64,000 nt of DNA from Candidatus Daviesbacteria bacterium (GTDB taxonomy: Bacteria > Patescibacteriota > Microgenomatia > Daviesbacterales > UBA10151): contig JACPKL010000001.1 in assembly GCA_016187035.1 (NCBI GenBank), positions 14,607-78,606 on the forward strand, written 5' to 3'. The notes beneath the pieces are model-generated. The model had not been told where the DNA came from. It saw only the letters and a list, made by a program, of their open reading frames with translations, and searched no databases. Both the position numbers and the translations under genes were made by a program. Of this stretch, positions 35,893-45,027 are shown piece by piece (position 1 is the first letter of the stretch; every line of letters begins with the position of its first letter).

Positions 35893-36102
35893 TACTTATC
35901 TCTAGATAATAAACTTCTTTCCTATGACCAATCCTATCTACATAAATAGTAGTTTGGTCTAGATAAAAAGCTATTCTATAATTCCCTACCCTAAACCTAT
36001 GAGTTGCAGGTGGTAGATTAATTAAGGGTTTTGAAAAGGTTAAAGGATCAGCTTGGTTTCTAAATCTTTCAGGCCACGGGGTGTAAATTTAGCATCAAAC
36101 AT
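35885..36102 (-). pseudogene. RelE/ParE-family toxin pseudogene (frameshift plus internal deletion)
   Basis: Own translation: frame a is MFDAKFTPRGLKDLETKLIL then stop. Frame b is DPLTFSKPLINLPPATHRFRVGNYRIAFYLDQTTIYVDRIGHRKEVYYLEISIK then stop, with the RelE/ParE signature RVGxYR..IGHRKEVY. The helical segment between the two parts is missing. Confidence 0.6.
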
Positions 36103-36489
36103 TTAGAGATTGTGCTACTTCTTCTAAAGGTATCCATCTGGTTTTTTTGGCATTCTTTATAGATGATTTTAAATCAGAGGCAAATTTTGGATTTACAGGT
36201 AGTTTTTCCTCAATTAAATCAATCAGCTTCCCGGCTGGATTATCAAAAGCTTTTTTAGGATCATTAACTCTTTTTTCAAATTCGTCATCTATTACTGTGC
36301 ATAAAGAGATGAAAGAATCCCTTCCAAAAACAAAACCTAAAGGATTATTATCTTTATCTACTACTACTGATGCATCAGATAAAGACAGATTATTCTCAGA
36401 TTTAGTGAATTTTTTAAAGGGAATTAACTTATTCATGGTATAAAAATTATACCATCTTTTAATTAAAAAGTGCCACTTTCACTTTTGAA
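35893..36489 (-). mobile_element. Inserted toxin-antitoxin cassette (decayed RelE/ParE toxin plus Phd/YefM-like antitoxin) bounded by ~42-bp direct repeats
   Basis: The segment between the two repeat copies contains only the TA pair. The right copy is a stop-containing duplicate of the 3' end of gene 35101-35892. Confidence 0.6.
36095..36436 (-). CDS. Putative antitoxin (Phd/YefM-like N-terminus)
   Basis: 113 aa. VVVDKDNNPLGFVFGRDSFISLCTVIDDEFE resembles the Phd/YefM beta-alpha core. Its stop overlaps the start of the decayed toxin. Confidence 0.5.
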   Translation of the reverse strand: MNKLIPFKKFTKSENNLSLSDASVVVDKDNNPLGFVFGRDSFISLCTVIDDEFEKRVNDPKKAFDNPAGKLIDLIEEKLPVNPKFASDLKSSIKNAKKTRWIPLEEVAQSLNV

Positions 36490-36531
36490 TTTATAACTTA
36501 GATGAGGCCAGTTAAAAAAATGGTTATTTAA
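36490..36531. repeat. Direct repeat, right copy
   Basis: See 35851-35892. Abuts the stop of ORF 36535-37017. Confidence 0.85.
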
Positions 36532-36534
36532 ATC

Positions 36535-37017
36535 TTATTCATTTCTGCTTAACGTTCTAGGAATTGTATATAAGGAACTGGGTAGGTTTCTTATTAAAGT
36601 GTCAACCCCTCTGATATTACTCACTCTAGCCCCTAAAAACTCTTGCTGATAAGTATGACCTGCTGCCAGAAATATCCCTCCCTCGTCTATCATCAAGCTG
36701 GTTGATCCACTGCCAGTTCTATAGATATTATCAACAACTGCCTTAGCTCTAGTTTCAACAGAACCTTTATTGACTCTTAGTTGCTCAAGTAGTTTAGGAA
36801 GGTAATTAGGGTCTAACGGTTCTTGATTTTCTACTCTTTGGAGTGTTCCAAATGTATCCTGTTCTGTATCTGAAAGATAGCTGGTAGATTGAGCATCCTT
36901 AGGAAATATTGTTTGTTCATCAGGAAAATGTTCCAATCCTGAATGAAGACGATCATAACCTAACTTTGCAGCAGTACCAACGGCAGCTATTCCAGTTAGT
37001 CCAACCAGAATATCCAT
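36535..37017 (-). CDS. Hypothetical membrane-anchored protein
   Basis: ATG at 37017 (MDILVGLTGIAAVGTAAKL, a TM helix) is preferred over the TTG at 37053. No confident family. K-poor composition unlike its neighbours. Confidence 0.4.
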   Translation of the reverse strand: MDILVGLTGIAAVGTAAKLGYDRLHSGLEHFPDEQTIFPKDAQSTSYLSDTEQDTFGTLQRVENQEPLDPNYLPKLLEQLRVNKGSVETRAKAVVDNIYRTGSGSTSLMIDEGGIFLAAGHTYQQEFLGARVSNIRGVDTLIRNLPSSLYTIPRTLSRNE

Positions 37018-37022
37018 CCTTG

Positions 37023-39347
37023 TTAATTTTCCTCCGGCTTCATTTCTCCCCAAGTTTTGCCTGCTTTTAAATCAACTACCACTGGTACTGATAATTCTAG
37101 AGCATTTTCCATTTTTTCTTTGACCATTTTAGCAATCTGGCGGACTTGTGGTGAGCCTGCCGAACCATCACATTCAAACAAAAGCTCATCATGAACTTGA
37201 AGAATTAACTTACAGTTATCAGTTTTCGGTTTTCTGTTTTCAGATATTGGTTTGCCGGTTTTCTGTTTACCAGATTGACTGATAACTGATGAACTTTCAT
37301 CCGACGACTGACCACTGAGAACCGATAACTCCTTATCAATTTCCACCATAGCCTTTTTAATCATGTCAGCTGAAGATCCCTGAATAGGATGATTAATTGC
37401 TGCTCTTTCTCCTTGAGATCTGATCATTCTATTTGAGGCTTTTAGCTCCGGCATATATCTTTTTCTACCCCAGATAGTCTCTACATAACCATTTTCATAC
37501 CCAAAAGCTAAAGTTTGCTCCATCCATTCCCGTACTTTAGGAAACTGCTCAAAATATTCCACTATGTATTGACGGGCTACTTCATATTCCACTCCTAGTT
37601 GCCTGCTTAAAGCATGTGGACCCTGGCCATAAAGAGTAGCAAAATTCATGGTTTTCCCAACATTTCTTTGCTCATAAGAAACCTTTCCCACAGGTACTTT
37701 AAAGATCTTTGCAGCAGTGGCGCTGTGGATATCCAAGCCTGCTAAAAAAGCCTGTTTTAATCCTGGATCATCTGCCAGATGAGCCATAATCCGAAGTTCT
37801 ATCTGAGAATAATCAGCTCCAAATAATACTTTTCCCTTGGGAGCAATAAAGGCTTTTCTGACCTCTCCTCCAAGTGTACCCCTGATTGGGATATTTTGAA
37901 GGTTGGGGTCCTGGGAAGAAACACGTCCTGTGGCAGCTCCTTCCACATTAAAAGTAGAATGTATTCTGCCGTCTTCCCCAACTGATTTTGGTAAAGCGTC
38001 AATATAGGTGGAAACTAACTTGAAAAGTTGGCGGTATTCCAACAAAAGGGGTACAGCAGGGTGAGCTATAGATAATTCTTTCAAAGTCTCCTCATTTGTT
38101 GACCTGCCGGTTTTGGTTTTTTTAAAAACAGGCAATTTTAACTCGTCAAAAAGCACTACCTGCAGTTGTTTTGGGCTGTTCAGATTAAACTGATGACCTA
38201 TTTTAGAGTAAATTTCTTTTTCAATATTAGTTAATTTAGCTTTTAAATCGGTCCCAAGCTTATTTAAAAACTTAAGATTTATTAATATTCCTGACTTGGA
38301 CATTTTTTCCAAAACCGGCTGGACTTGGAGATCTAAATCAGTAGTGTCATTGCGAGGAAGTTTACCCTGAGCCGATTCGGCCTGAGGGCTCACGGCCTCG
38401 AAGGCTTGTCGAAGGGTGGCAATCTTCCCACTTGAGGTGGAAGATTCCCACGGCCCTTCGGGCCTCGGAATGACAGGAAAAGGTAATCTGTTTATCAAGC
38501 TCTTAAATTCCAATTCTTCGAATAATTCTCTTACCTTATTAGCATCGTAATCATGTACTCTACAAGCTGCTAAATCTAGCTTGACAGGGGCATTTGTATC
38601 TAGAGTAGCTAATTTTTTACTCATCACAGCTGATTCTGCTCCCTCGGCCAGTAACTTTTGCATTCTTTCGGGTAAGGTCTTCAAATTTTTAGGCAAGTAG
38701 ATTTTCTCAATAGAACCGAATTGGTGAATCAATTTAGTGGCTGTTACATCTCCTATACCAGCTACCCCTGGAATGTTATCTGAAGCATCTCCTGCCAAAG
38801 CTTTGTAATCTATCATCTGAGGAGGCATAAAACCATATTTAGCTACAAACTCCTCTACTCCATAAAGGCCCACATCCTGTAAAGTTTTTTTTGGCATTAA
38901 TACTTTAATATTTTCATCAATCAGCTGCATAATATCCCTGTCACCCGTGACTATTATAACTTCTAATTTTTGAGCTTTGAGCTTTGAGCTTTGAGTTGCC
39001 AAAGCGCCTATTAAATCATCTGCCTCATAACCTGACAGCCTAAACTCAGGAATATTAAAAGCTTTCACTACCTGATAAACCCTATCATACTGGGAAGATA
39101 AACCATCATCAGCCGGTCCCCTGGTAGCTTTATACTGAGTGTAAGCTTGATGCCTGAATGTTGGCCCTTTTTCATCCCAGGCAATGGCTAAAAAATCAGG
39201 TTTTAATTCATTTAAAGTCCGAAGAAGCATTGAGGAAAAACCATATACAGCATTAATTAACTCACCATAAGATGTGGAAAAAGGAGGAGTGGCGTGATAA
39301 GCCCGATGAAGTAAAGCATTCCCATCAACCAAAACCAAATGTTTCAT
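37023..39347 (-). CDS. polA: DNA polymerase I: 5'-nuclease plus polymerase domains, no 3'-5' exonuclease domain
   Basis: N-terminal 5'-3' exonuclease (VLVDGNALLHRAYHA, GDRDIMQL, GVAGIGDVTATKLI). Pol A motifs DYSQIELRI, RNVGKTMNFATLYG and QVHDELLFE. The two domains are joined by a translated 129-bp palindromic element. A second ~40-aa heptamer-derived insert precedes QVHDE. Confidence 0.9.
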   Translation of the reverse strand: MKHLVLVDGNALLHRAYHATPPFSTSYGELINAVYGFSSMLLRTLNELKPDFLAIAWDEKGPTFRHQAYTQYKATRGPADDGLSSQYDRVYQVVKAFNIPEFRLSGYEADDLIGALATQSSKLKAQKLEVIIVTGDRDIMQLIDENIKVLMPKKTLQDVGLYGVEEFVAKYGFMPPQMIDYKALAGDASDNIPGVAGIGDVTATKLIHQFGSIEKIYLPKNLKTLPERMQKLLAEGAESAVMSKKLATLDTNAPVKLDLAACRVHDYDANKVRELFEELEFKSLINRLPFPVIPRPEGPWESSTSSGKIATLRQAFEAVSPQAESAQGKLPRNDTTDLDLQVQPVLEKMSKSGILINLKFLNKLGTDLKAKLTNIEKEIYSKIGHQFNLNSPKQLQVVLFDELKLPVFKKTKTGRSTNEETLKELSIAHPAVPLLLEYRQLFKLVSTYIDALPKSVGEDGRIHSTFNVEGAATGRVSSQDPNLQNIPIRGTLGGEVRKAFIAPKGKVLFGADYSQIELRIMAHLADDPGLKQAFLAGLDIHSATAAKIFKVPVGKVSYEQRNVGKTMNFATLYGQGPHALSRQLGVEYEVARQYIVEYFEQFPKVREWMEQTLAFGYENGYVETIWGRKRYMPELKASNRMIRSQGERAAINHPIQGSSADMIKKAMVEIDKELSVLSGQSSDESSSVISQSGKQKTGKPISENRKPKTDNCKLILQVHDELLFECDGSAGSPQVRQIAKMVKEKMENALELSVPVVVDLKAGKTWGEMKPEEN
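37212..37330. repeat. Degenerate heptamer array with inverted ends (CAGTTATCAG / CTGATAACTG) in polA
   Basis: CAGTTAT CAGTTTT CGGTTTT CTGTTTT CAGATAT TGGTTTG CCGGTTT TCTGTTT ACCAGAT TGACTGA TAACTGA ... encodes LSGQSSDESSSVISQSGKQKTGKPISENRKPKTDN just upstream of QVHDELLFE. Confidence 0.7.
38346..38474. repeat. Palindromic element family A, 129 bp, in-frame in polA
   Basis: GTCATTGCGAG..(extra GC-rich hairpins CCTGAGCCGATTCGGCCTGAGGGCTCACGGCCTCGAAGGC)..GTGGCAATCTTCCCACTTGAGGTGGAAGATTCCCAC-GGCCCTTCGGGCC-TCGGAATGAC. Translated as VIPRPEGPWESSTSSGKIATLRQAFEAVSPQAESAQGKLPRND. Confidence 0.9.
38971..38995. repeat. Heptamer tract TGAGCTT x3.5 (in polA)
   Basis: TGAGCTTTGAGCTTTGAGCTTTGAG encodes SKLKAQKLE. 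Confidence 0.85.
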
Positions 39348-40240
39348 CGCCAGACACCCCTTTTCCTCTTTGGTAACAAGTCTGCTATTTTCTTCATAAC
39401 CAGATCACTTTGTTTCCTGATATGTTCTTTAACCTGTCCATACCTTACCCTTTCTTCATTTTTCTCCTCAGCAGTTAATGTTTCTACTTGAGTCCTACTA
39501 GCTGCTTTACCATAACAGGCAGCATACCGCTTCTCAAAAGATTCCCATGCCTCTCTATAAGTCTGATCAAGATTAAAAGGTTGACCAATAATAACTCTTA
39601 CTTTAGGCCTTTGTCCTTTTATCAATCTTTTGATTGTACCCCCTACATCTGCTGACATAGCAACTGGCTGGTCTGTCTGAATATCAACAGCTACAGGTAA
39701 CAGAGTAGCATTAGTTCGTTGTGCTAAATAAGCAGCACCCAGACCTGACTTACCGGGAAGCTCCCATGACAAACCTGTAATATTAGATAAAGGTTCATGT
39801 GCAGATATGATTAAATCTGTTCCTTTTTGTAATGCCTCTGTCATCTTATCAAAATTCTCAGGGTTAAACCGAAATCGTAAATGGCCTGTTTCTTCATCCG
39901 GGTAGGCATCCAACGGGAAAAAGTGCTCTTTCCCTACCAGTTTTATTGGTAGGGCAGTCCTGAGATCACGGAAATTATCAGATTGCAAAGTTATACCCAG
40001 CCCATGGCCAGGACGGACCTTTTTTAACTGGGGCCTTAAAACGCTTTCAACTGTCTGCACATCCGCATCTGAAAAGTGTGAAGTCGCAATAATTAATGGT
40101 AAATGCGCTGGTATTTCACCCAGATCTTCTGCTCCCAAAACTTCAGAGACTCTAAAAACCAAGCTTTTATTTAATCCCATCAATACATCAAAACGTCGTT
40201 GTCCTGGAGCTTCCGGACCACCCCCTACACCTTCTGCCAT
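39344..40240 (-). CDS. Hypothetical protein; weak PlsC-like acyltransferase motif
   Basis: SHFSDAD fits HX4D. Start set at the ATG at 40240 (MAEGVGGGPE) because the longer ORF overlaps the upstream gene by 79 nt. The family call is tentative. Confidence 0.35.
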   Translation of the reverse strand: MAEGVGGGPEAPGQRRFDVLMGLNKSLVFRVSEVLGAEDLGEIPAHLPLIIATSHFSDADVQTVESVLRPQLKKVRPGHGLGITLQSDNFRDLRTALPIKLVGKEHFFPLDAYPDEETGHLRFRFNPENFDKMTEALQKGTDLIISAHEPLSNITGLSWELPGKSGLGAAYLAQRTNATLLPVAVDIQTDQPVAMSADVGGTIKRLIKGQRPKVRVIIGQPFNLDQTYREAWESFEKRYAACYGKAASRTQVETLTAEEKNEERVRYGQVKEHIRKQSDLVMKKIADLLPKRKRGVWR

Positions 40241-40275
40241 ATCTTTTATTGTATCAGTTTTAGATAAACTAAAAC

Positions 40276-41334
40276 CTAAAACAGCTGTTTGGCTAAGTTT
40301 AGATACTCCGGGTAGCCGTTTTGAGCCATTAAATACCACCACTCTACTCCCCAAAGATAGGCTTCATTAAAAGCTGTTTTTCTAACAAAGTTAATATTAT
40401 CTTTAAAATCAGCCAGTGTAAAAAGTTTTGCCTGAAACTGATAAGAATCCTCCCTTTTATCTCTTCTGGCTAACCACGGTTCTGCCTGAAGCTCTGAAAT
40501 TATAATTTTTTTATTCTGCTGCCTTCCTGCCACCTCGAAGGTGGGCTTTCTCGAGAGTCCACTGGACTCTCTCCCCTTCGAGGTGTTACTGACCAGATAA
40601 GCTTTTAAACTATACATTCCAGGAGTAAAAGGATAACTGGTATACATATTCACCATAGAATTAAAAGATCTTCTGTAAATAGAAACACCTAATACATCAG
40701 CCAGCTTAAAAGAACTCACCCAGCTCCCCCATTCACCGCTATCTGTGATAATGACCGGCCGGCTGTCTAATCTTTTAACCAAACCAATCTCTTCTTTCAG
40801 AAATAAAGAATTAGGAGAATCACAGCCTTCTCCAAACCAAAAAGCAAAAGGCTCATTTTCTATCTGCCAGGCCCCGATAGCCTGATTACCCTGATATCTT
40901 TCCACTACTTTTTGAACAAACTGCATGGTTTTTTGTCGCCTTTTCGGTAAAGATACTTTTTTAGCCCAATCAGGATACTGGCATTCCGGCCAACGAGGCT
41001 GCCTGGCGCCCAAGACTAAAATTACATTCGCTCCTCTTTTTTCCGCCTCAGATAACATAAAGTCAGTTTCAGAAAAATCATATTGATCCTGCTCTGGCTC
41101 TAGACTATTCCAATAACTGGGAAGCCTTAAATTTTTAACTTTTAACTCATCCAAGATCTGAAGATAGACTTTTTGCCAATCCAATTTTAGAAACCTGGCA
41201 TACCTGGGGGAAAAAGTTACCCCATATTTAACTTGATCAGAAGAATAATACTTTTCAAAGATAAAAGATATAAAAATTATAACAGTTATAATAGTTATAA
41301 ATATTATGATAGCGGCTTTAAGTATTTTACCCAT
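40276..41334 (-). CDS. Membrane-anchored TIM-barrel glycoside-hydrolase-like protein (clan GH-A type NEP motif)
   Basis: N-terminal TM helix. WQIENEPF (acid/base-like NEP) and ISELQAEPW (candidate nucleophile Glu). Contains the family-B palindromic element in-frame. Confidence 0.5.
   Translation of the reverse strand: MGKILKAAIIIFITIITVIIFISFIFEKYYSSDQVKYGVTFSPRYARFLKLDWQKVYLQILDELKVKNLRLPSYWNSLEPEQDQYDFSETDFMLSEAEKRGANVILVLGARQPRWPECQYPDWAKKVSLPKRRQKTMQFVQKVVERYQGNQAIGAWQIENEPFAFWFGEGCDSPNSLFLKEEIGLVKRLDSRPVIITDSGEWGSWVSSFKLADVLGVSIYRRSFNSMVNMYTSYPFTPGMYSLKAYLVSNTSKGRESSGLSRKPTFEVAGRQQNKKIIISELQAEPWLARRDKREDSYQFQAKLFTLADFKDNINFVRKTAFNEAYLWGVEWWYLMAQNGYPEYLNLAKQLF
40531..40585. repeat. Palindromic element family B, full 55-bp copy, in-frame in the GH-like gene
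   Basis: CACCTCGAAGG-tgggctttc-TCGAGAGTCCACTGGACTCTCT-cc-CCTTCGAGGTG. An 11-bp perfect outer inverted repeat surrounds the central palindrome. Encodes TSKGRESSGLSRKPTFEV. Confidence 0.85.
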
Positions 41335-41358
41335 CTAATCAATGATATAATATTTTAA

Positions 41359-42525
41359 GTGAAAATTGCATATTTTACAGATACCTTTTTACCTCAAGTA
41401 AACGGGGTGGCTACAGCTTTAGCTAATCAAACTAAAGTCTTGGGTGAAATGGGCCACGAAGTCCTCATTTTTACTCCTAAATTGGATAATATTAACAGGC
41501 CGAAATTTAAAGCAAAAAATGTTCAAATAATCCCCCTGCCTGCTGTACCGGCTTTGGTTTATACTGAATTTAAACTGGGAGTATTTGGTTTACCCAGAGT
41601 ATTCAAACACTTGACCAAATTTGATCCTGATATTCTTCACCTTCACACTCCTTTTACAGTAGGCATGGATGCAGTTATAGCTTCCAAATTATTAAAAAAA
41701 CCGCTGGTTGGCACAATCCATGTTTATTACACTGATCCAGAATATTTACGCTGGCTGAAATATAATTTTGCTGTGAAACTGGCTGATAAAATTTCGCAGC
41801 GTTACTTAAACTTTTTATACAGCCAATGCGATGTTGTTTTAGCTCCTTCAAAAATATTAGCGGAAGAACTAAACAGGAATGGATTTAAAAAAACAGTATC
41901 CCACCTGCCAAACGGCATTATCATAAAGAGTTCAAAAACATTATCTTTGCAAGAGAAAAATCATATTAAGAAAAAGTATGCACTTAAAGAAAAAGTTATA
42001 TTACATTTTGGTAGATTGTCTTATGAAAAAAATGTTGATGTGATAATCAAATCCTTTAACCTGGTTACTAAAAAACACCCTGATGTCAGTTTACTGATTA
42101 TAGGTGACGGACCTGCTACTAAACATCTTAAAAAATTAGTCAGAAAATTAGGACTTGACTCCAAGGTAGTTTTTACAGGCTTTATAGATTATCAATCCTT
42201 AATAAACTCCAGTCTTTTATCTGTTGCTGACCTTTTTGCAACAGCCTCAACCATGGAAAATCATCCAATGGTAGTACTTGAAGCCATGATGTTTGGATTA
42301 CCAATTGTAGGGGTTAAACAGGCAGGACTCATTGAGTTGGTTTCCTCAAATGGTTACTTAGCAAAAGCAGGAGATACAAAACAGTTAGCAGAAGCAATGG
42401 GGAAAATACTTTTTGATAAGCAGCTGGCTAGTAAAATGAGTAATGAGTCCATAAAAATGATCAAGCAATATTCAGTTGATAAAACTACTGATAAACTATT
42501 AAACTTATATCATAGTTTAGTGTAA
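41359..42525 (+). CDS. Glycosyltransferase family 4
   Basis: GTG start. MKIAYFTDTFLPQVNGVA, and ENHPMVVLEAMMFGLPIVG (EX7E). Confidence 0.8.
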   Translation: MKIAYFTDTFLPQVNGVATALANQTKVLGEMGHEVLIFTPKLDNINRPKFKAKNVQIIPLPAVPALVYTEFKLGVFGLPRVFKHLTKFDPDILHLHTPFTVGMDAVIASKLLKKPLVGTIHVYYTDPEYLRWLKYNFAVKLADKISQRYLNFLYSQCDVVLAPSKILAEELNRNGFKKTVSHLPNGIIIKSSKTLSLQEKNHIKKKYALKEKVILHFGRLSYEKNVDVIIKSFNLVTKKHPDVSLLIIGDGPATKHLKKLVRKLGLDSKVVFTGFIDYQSLINSSLLSVADLFATASTMENHPMVVLEAMMFGLPIVGVKQAGLIELVSSNGYLAKAGDTKQLAEAMGKILFDKQLASKMSNESIKMIKQYSVDKTTDKLLNLYHSLV

Positions 42526-43145
42526 TCATTTAAACTACTAAAGCATTTTTTTGCTCTACCCTTTAAAACTACCTGTTCTATCTGATTAAGGGCAGAGGAT
42601 GAAGCTTCTCTATTAAAAAGGTAGCAGATTGGCAGCCTAGCTTCTTGTGGCACATCAGCCCTTTGAATTACCCTATTCATAGCAGATCTAATAGCCATTT
42701 TTGCTCTTGCATTTGCAGCAGACTGATAAACTTGTTCAAGCACCTTAAGATGAATTGTTAAATTATCTCTAAGAATCGCTGCAAATTCATCTGTCTTTTT
42801 GTGTTTATCAGGTAAAGTGTTTAAATGAGCTATATACCTTTCTAAGGTTGGGGGGATAAGGTTTTGATCTATTAGTATCAGAGTTTTTGTTTCACGCAAC
42901 CTTCTAGTAGCAAATTCTAATTGTCTAAGGTATTTTACCCTAGTAGTCTGTGCAGATCCCATTTCCAGACTTTCCCTGACTGTTTTTAAAAAGTAAAAAG
43001 GGTGAGCAGGATGAAGCTTGGAAGAATCAATGGTCTCTTGAGCAAAGGTAGGGGTATTTATAACAGTTATAATTATTATAAATATTATAAGCGAAGCTTG
43101 AAAAGCGAGCTTACAAACTCGCTTTATAAATATTATAATTTTCAC
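42510..43145 (-). CDS. Secreted helical hypothetical protein
   Basis: 211 aa. N-terminal hydrophobic signal-like segment ending TFAQE. Overlaps the ftsH stop by 4 nt. Confidence 0.4.
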   Translation of the reverse strand: MKIIIFIKRVCKLAFQASLIIFIIIITVINTPTFAQETIDSSKLHPAHPFYFLKTVRESLEMGSAQTTRVKYLRQLEFATRRLRETKTLILIDQNLIPPTLERYIAHLNTLPDKHKKTDEFAAILRDNLTIHLKVLEQVYQSAANARAKMAIRSAMNRVIQRADVPQEARLPICYLFNREASSSALNQIEQVVLKGRAKKCFSSLNDYTKL

Positions 43146-44983
43146 TTTTTTGAACCTACAATACCCTCAAATTCATCAGATTCTAGGGTTTCTTTCTCCA
43201 GTAACGCCTTTGCTACTAAATCTAGTTTAACTTTATATTTCTTTAAAGAAATCTGGGCGTTTTTATAACAAGTATCTATAATTTTCCTGATTTCTATATC
43301 CACTGCATCATGAAGCTTGGGAGAAAGATCTTCTCCATCACTCATCCCTCTCCAGATGCCAAACATTGGTTTGGATGTAATACTGATTGGACCTAAAGCA
43401 GACATCCCATATTGAGTCACCATTTGCCTGGCAATATTTGTGGCTATTTCAATATCAGATGCCGCTCCTGTTGAAATATCTTTAAACACTAAATCTTCTG
43501 CAGCTTGGCCGCCTAAAGCAGCTGTAATTTGCTCCAGCAGGCGCGACTTACTTTCGTTTGACCTATCCTCTGTGGGAGGAAATAAAGTATGGCCGCCGGA
43601 GATGCCGCGGGAAACTATGGAAATCCTGTGTACCGGATCAACGTTTTTAAGAAAATGGCCAACCACGGCATGACCTGCCTCATGATAGGCTGCCAATTTT
43701 CTGTCTTTTTCTGACTGCATCCTTTTCCTTTGCGGGCCTAATTTCTCTTTTGTGGCTGCCTCTTCCAAATCTTTTGGCTCAATGGCTTTTTTGCCTTCCC
43801 TGGCTGCTAAAATAGCGGCTTCATTTAACATATTAGCCAAATCAGCTCCGGAAAAACCAACTGTTCTTCTGGCCAATTTCTCCACACTAACATTTTTAGT
43901 AAAAGGTTTACCTTTCATATGGAGCTCAATAATGGCTTTTCTTTCTTGCAAATCAGGCAGACTTAAAACTACTCTTCTGTCAAACCTGCCTGGCCTGATT
44001 AATGCTGCATCCAATAAATCAGGACGGTTTGTTGCAGCCAGAATTATTAAGCGCTCGTTAGGGGTAAAACCATCCATTTCCACCAGAATTTGATTTAAGG
44101 TTTGCTCTCTTTCATCATGGCCTCCAGAGATCCCAATACCCCTTTGACGCCCAATACTCTCAATTTCATCTATAAAAATAATGGCCGGAGCGTTTTTCTT
44201 TGCCTGCAAAAACATATCACGAACGCGACTAGCACCCACACCTACGAGCATTTCCATAAACTCTGAACCGGCTATTGAATAAAAAGGTACTCCTGCTTCA
44301 CCTGCTATGGCACGCGAAATTAGGGTTTTTCCGGTTCCGGGTGGCCCTACCAACAATACTCCTCTGGGAATTCTGGCACCTAATGCTTTAAATTTATCAG
44401 GAGTTTTTAAAAACTCTACTATTTCAGATAATTCTTTTTTCGCTTCTTCTGCTCCTGCCACATCTGTAAATTTAATCTGCGGCTGGTCTTTAGTAAATAG
44501 CCTGGCCCTGGATTGGGCAAATGAAAAAATCCCCTGGGCTCCTTCTCGGGCGTTTCTAAACAATAAAAACATTAGCCCTACCAGAATTAATACGGGCAAA
44601 ATTGCAGATATAATGCCAGTCCAAGCCTGTTGCGTAGATAAATCCTTAACCTCAATAGTAACTGATTTTGGATCAACGCCTGAGGATTCCAGGATTTTAT
44701 AAATGGATTCGCCTTCTTCTTTACGTGAGATCAGCTTTTGGTCAGAAGATTTAACCTCAGCAGTTATTTTATTGCCTTCTATGGAAACCTTTTCTATTTT
44801 ATTGTCTTTAACCTGATTAATAACCTGAGAGATGGGCACCTCATTACCCGTACCAGATGGTCCCCCTGCCACCTGGTAGAAAAAGATTAAAGCAGATAAA
44901 GCAATTAATACATAAATTGCCAAACCCTTTAAAACTGACATCAGCCTTTTGTTTAAATTGAATCTCTTTTTACCATTTGCCAT
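43142..44983 (-). CDS. ftsH: ATP-dependent zinc metalloprotease FtsH
   Basis: Two TM helices, Walker A GPPGTGKT, Walker B IIFIDEID, SRH region and protease motif HEAGHA. Confidence 0.95.
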   Translation of the reverse strand: MANGKKRFNLNKRLMSVLKGLAIYVLIALSALIFFYQVAGGPSGTGNEVPISQVINQVKDNKIEKVSIEGNKITAEVKSSDQKLISRKEEGESIYKILESSGVDPKSVTIEVKDLSTQQAWTGIISAILPVLILVGLMFLLFRNAREGAQGIFSFAQSRARLFTKDQPQIKFTDVAGAEEAKKELSEIVEFLKTPDKFKALGARIPRGVLLVGPPGTGKTLISRAIAGEAGVPFYSIAGSEFMEMLVGVGASRVRDMFLQAKKNAPAIIFIDEIESIGRQRGIGISGGHDEREQTLNQILVEMDGFTPNERLIILAATNRPDLLDAALIRPGRFDRRVVLSLPDLQERKAIIELHMKGKPFTKNVSVEKLARRTVGFSGADLANMLNEAAILAAREGKKAIEPKDLEEAATKEKLGPQRKRMQSEKDRKLAAYHEAGHAVVGHFLKNVDPVHRISIVSRGISGGHTLFPPTEDRSNESKSRLLEQITAALGGQAAEDLVFKDISTGAASDIEIATNIARQMVTQYGMSALGPISITSKPMFGIWRGMSDGEDLSPKLHDAVDIEIRKIIDTCYKNAQISLKKYKVKLDLVAKALLEKETLESDEFEGIVGSKK

Positions 44984-45027
44984 AGGCGGATTGTACCACA
45001 GACTAATCTTGGGGTAAAATAATTTAT

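Noticed and set aside
36535-37017. The hypothetical protein as a truncated trypsin/HtrA-like protease, based on GSGSTSLMIDEGGIFLAAGHTY.
   Set aside because: Only a His-region-like stretch is present, and there is no room for the Asp and Ser regions in the remaining 39 residues. The similarity is too short to support a call.
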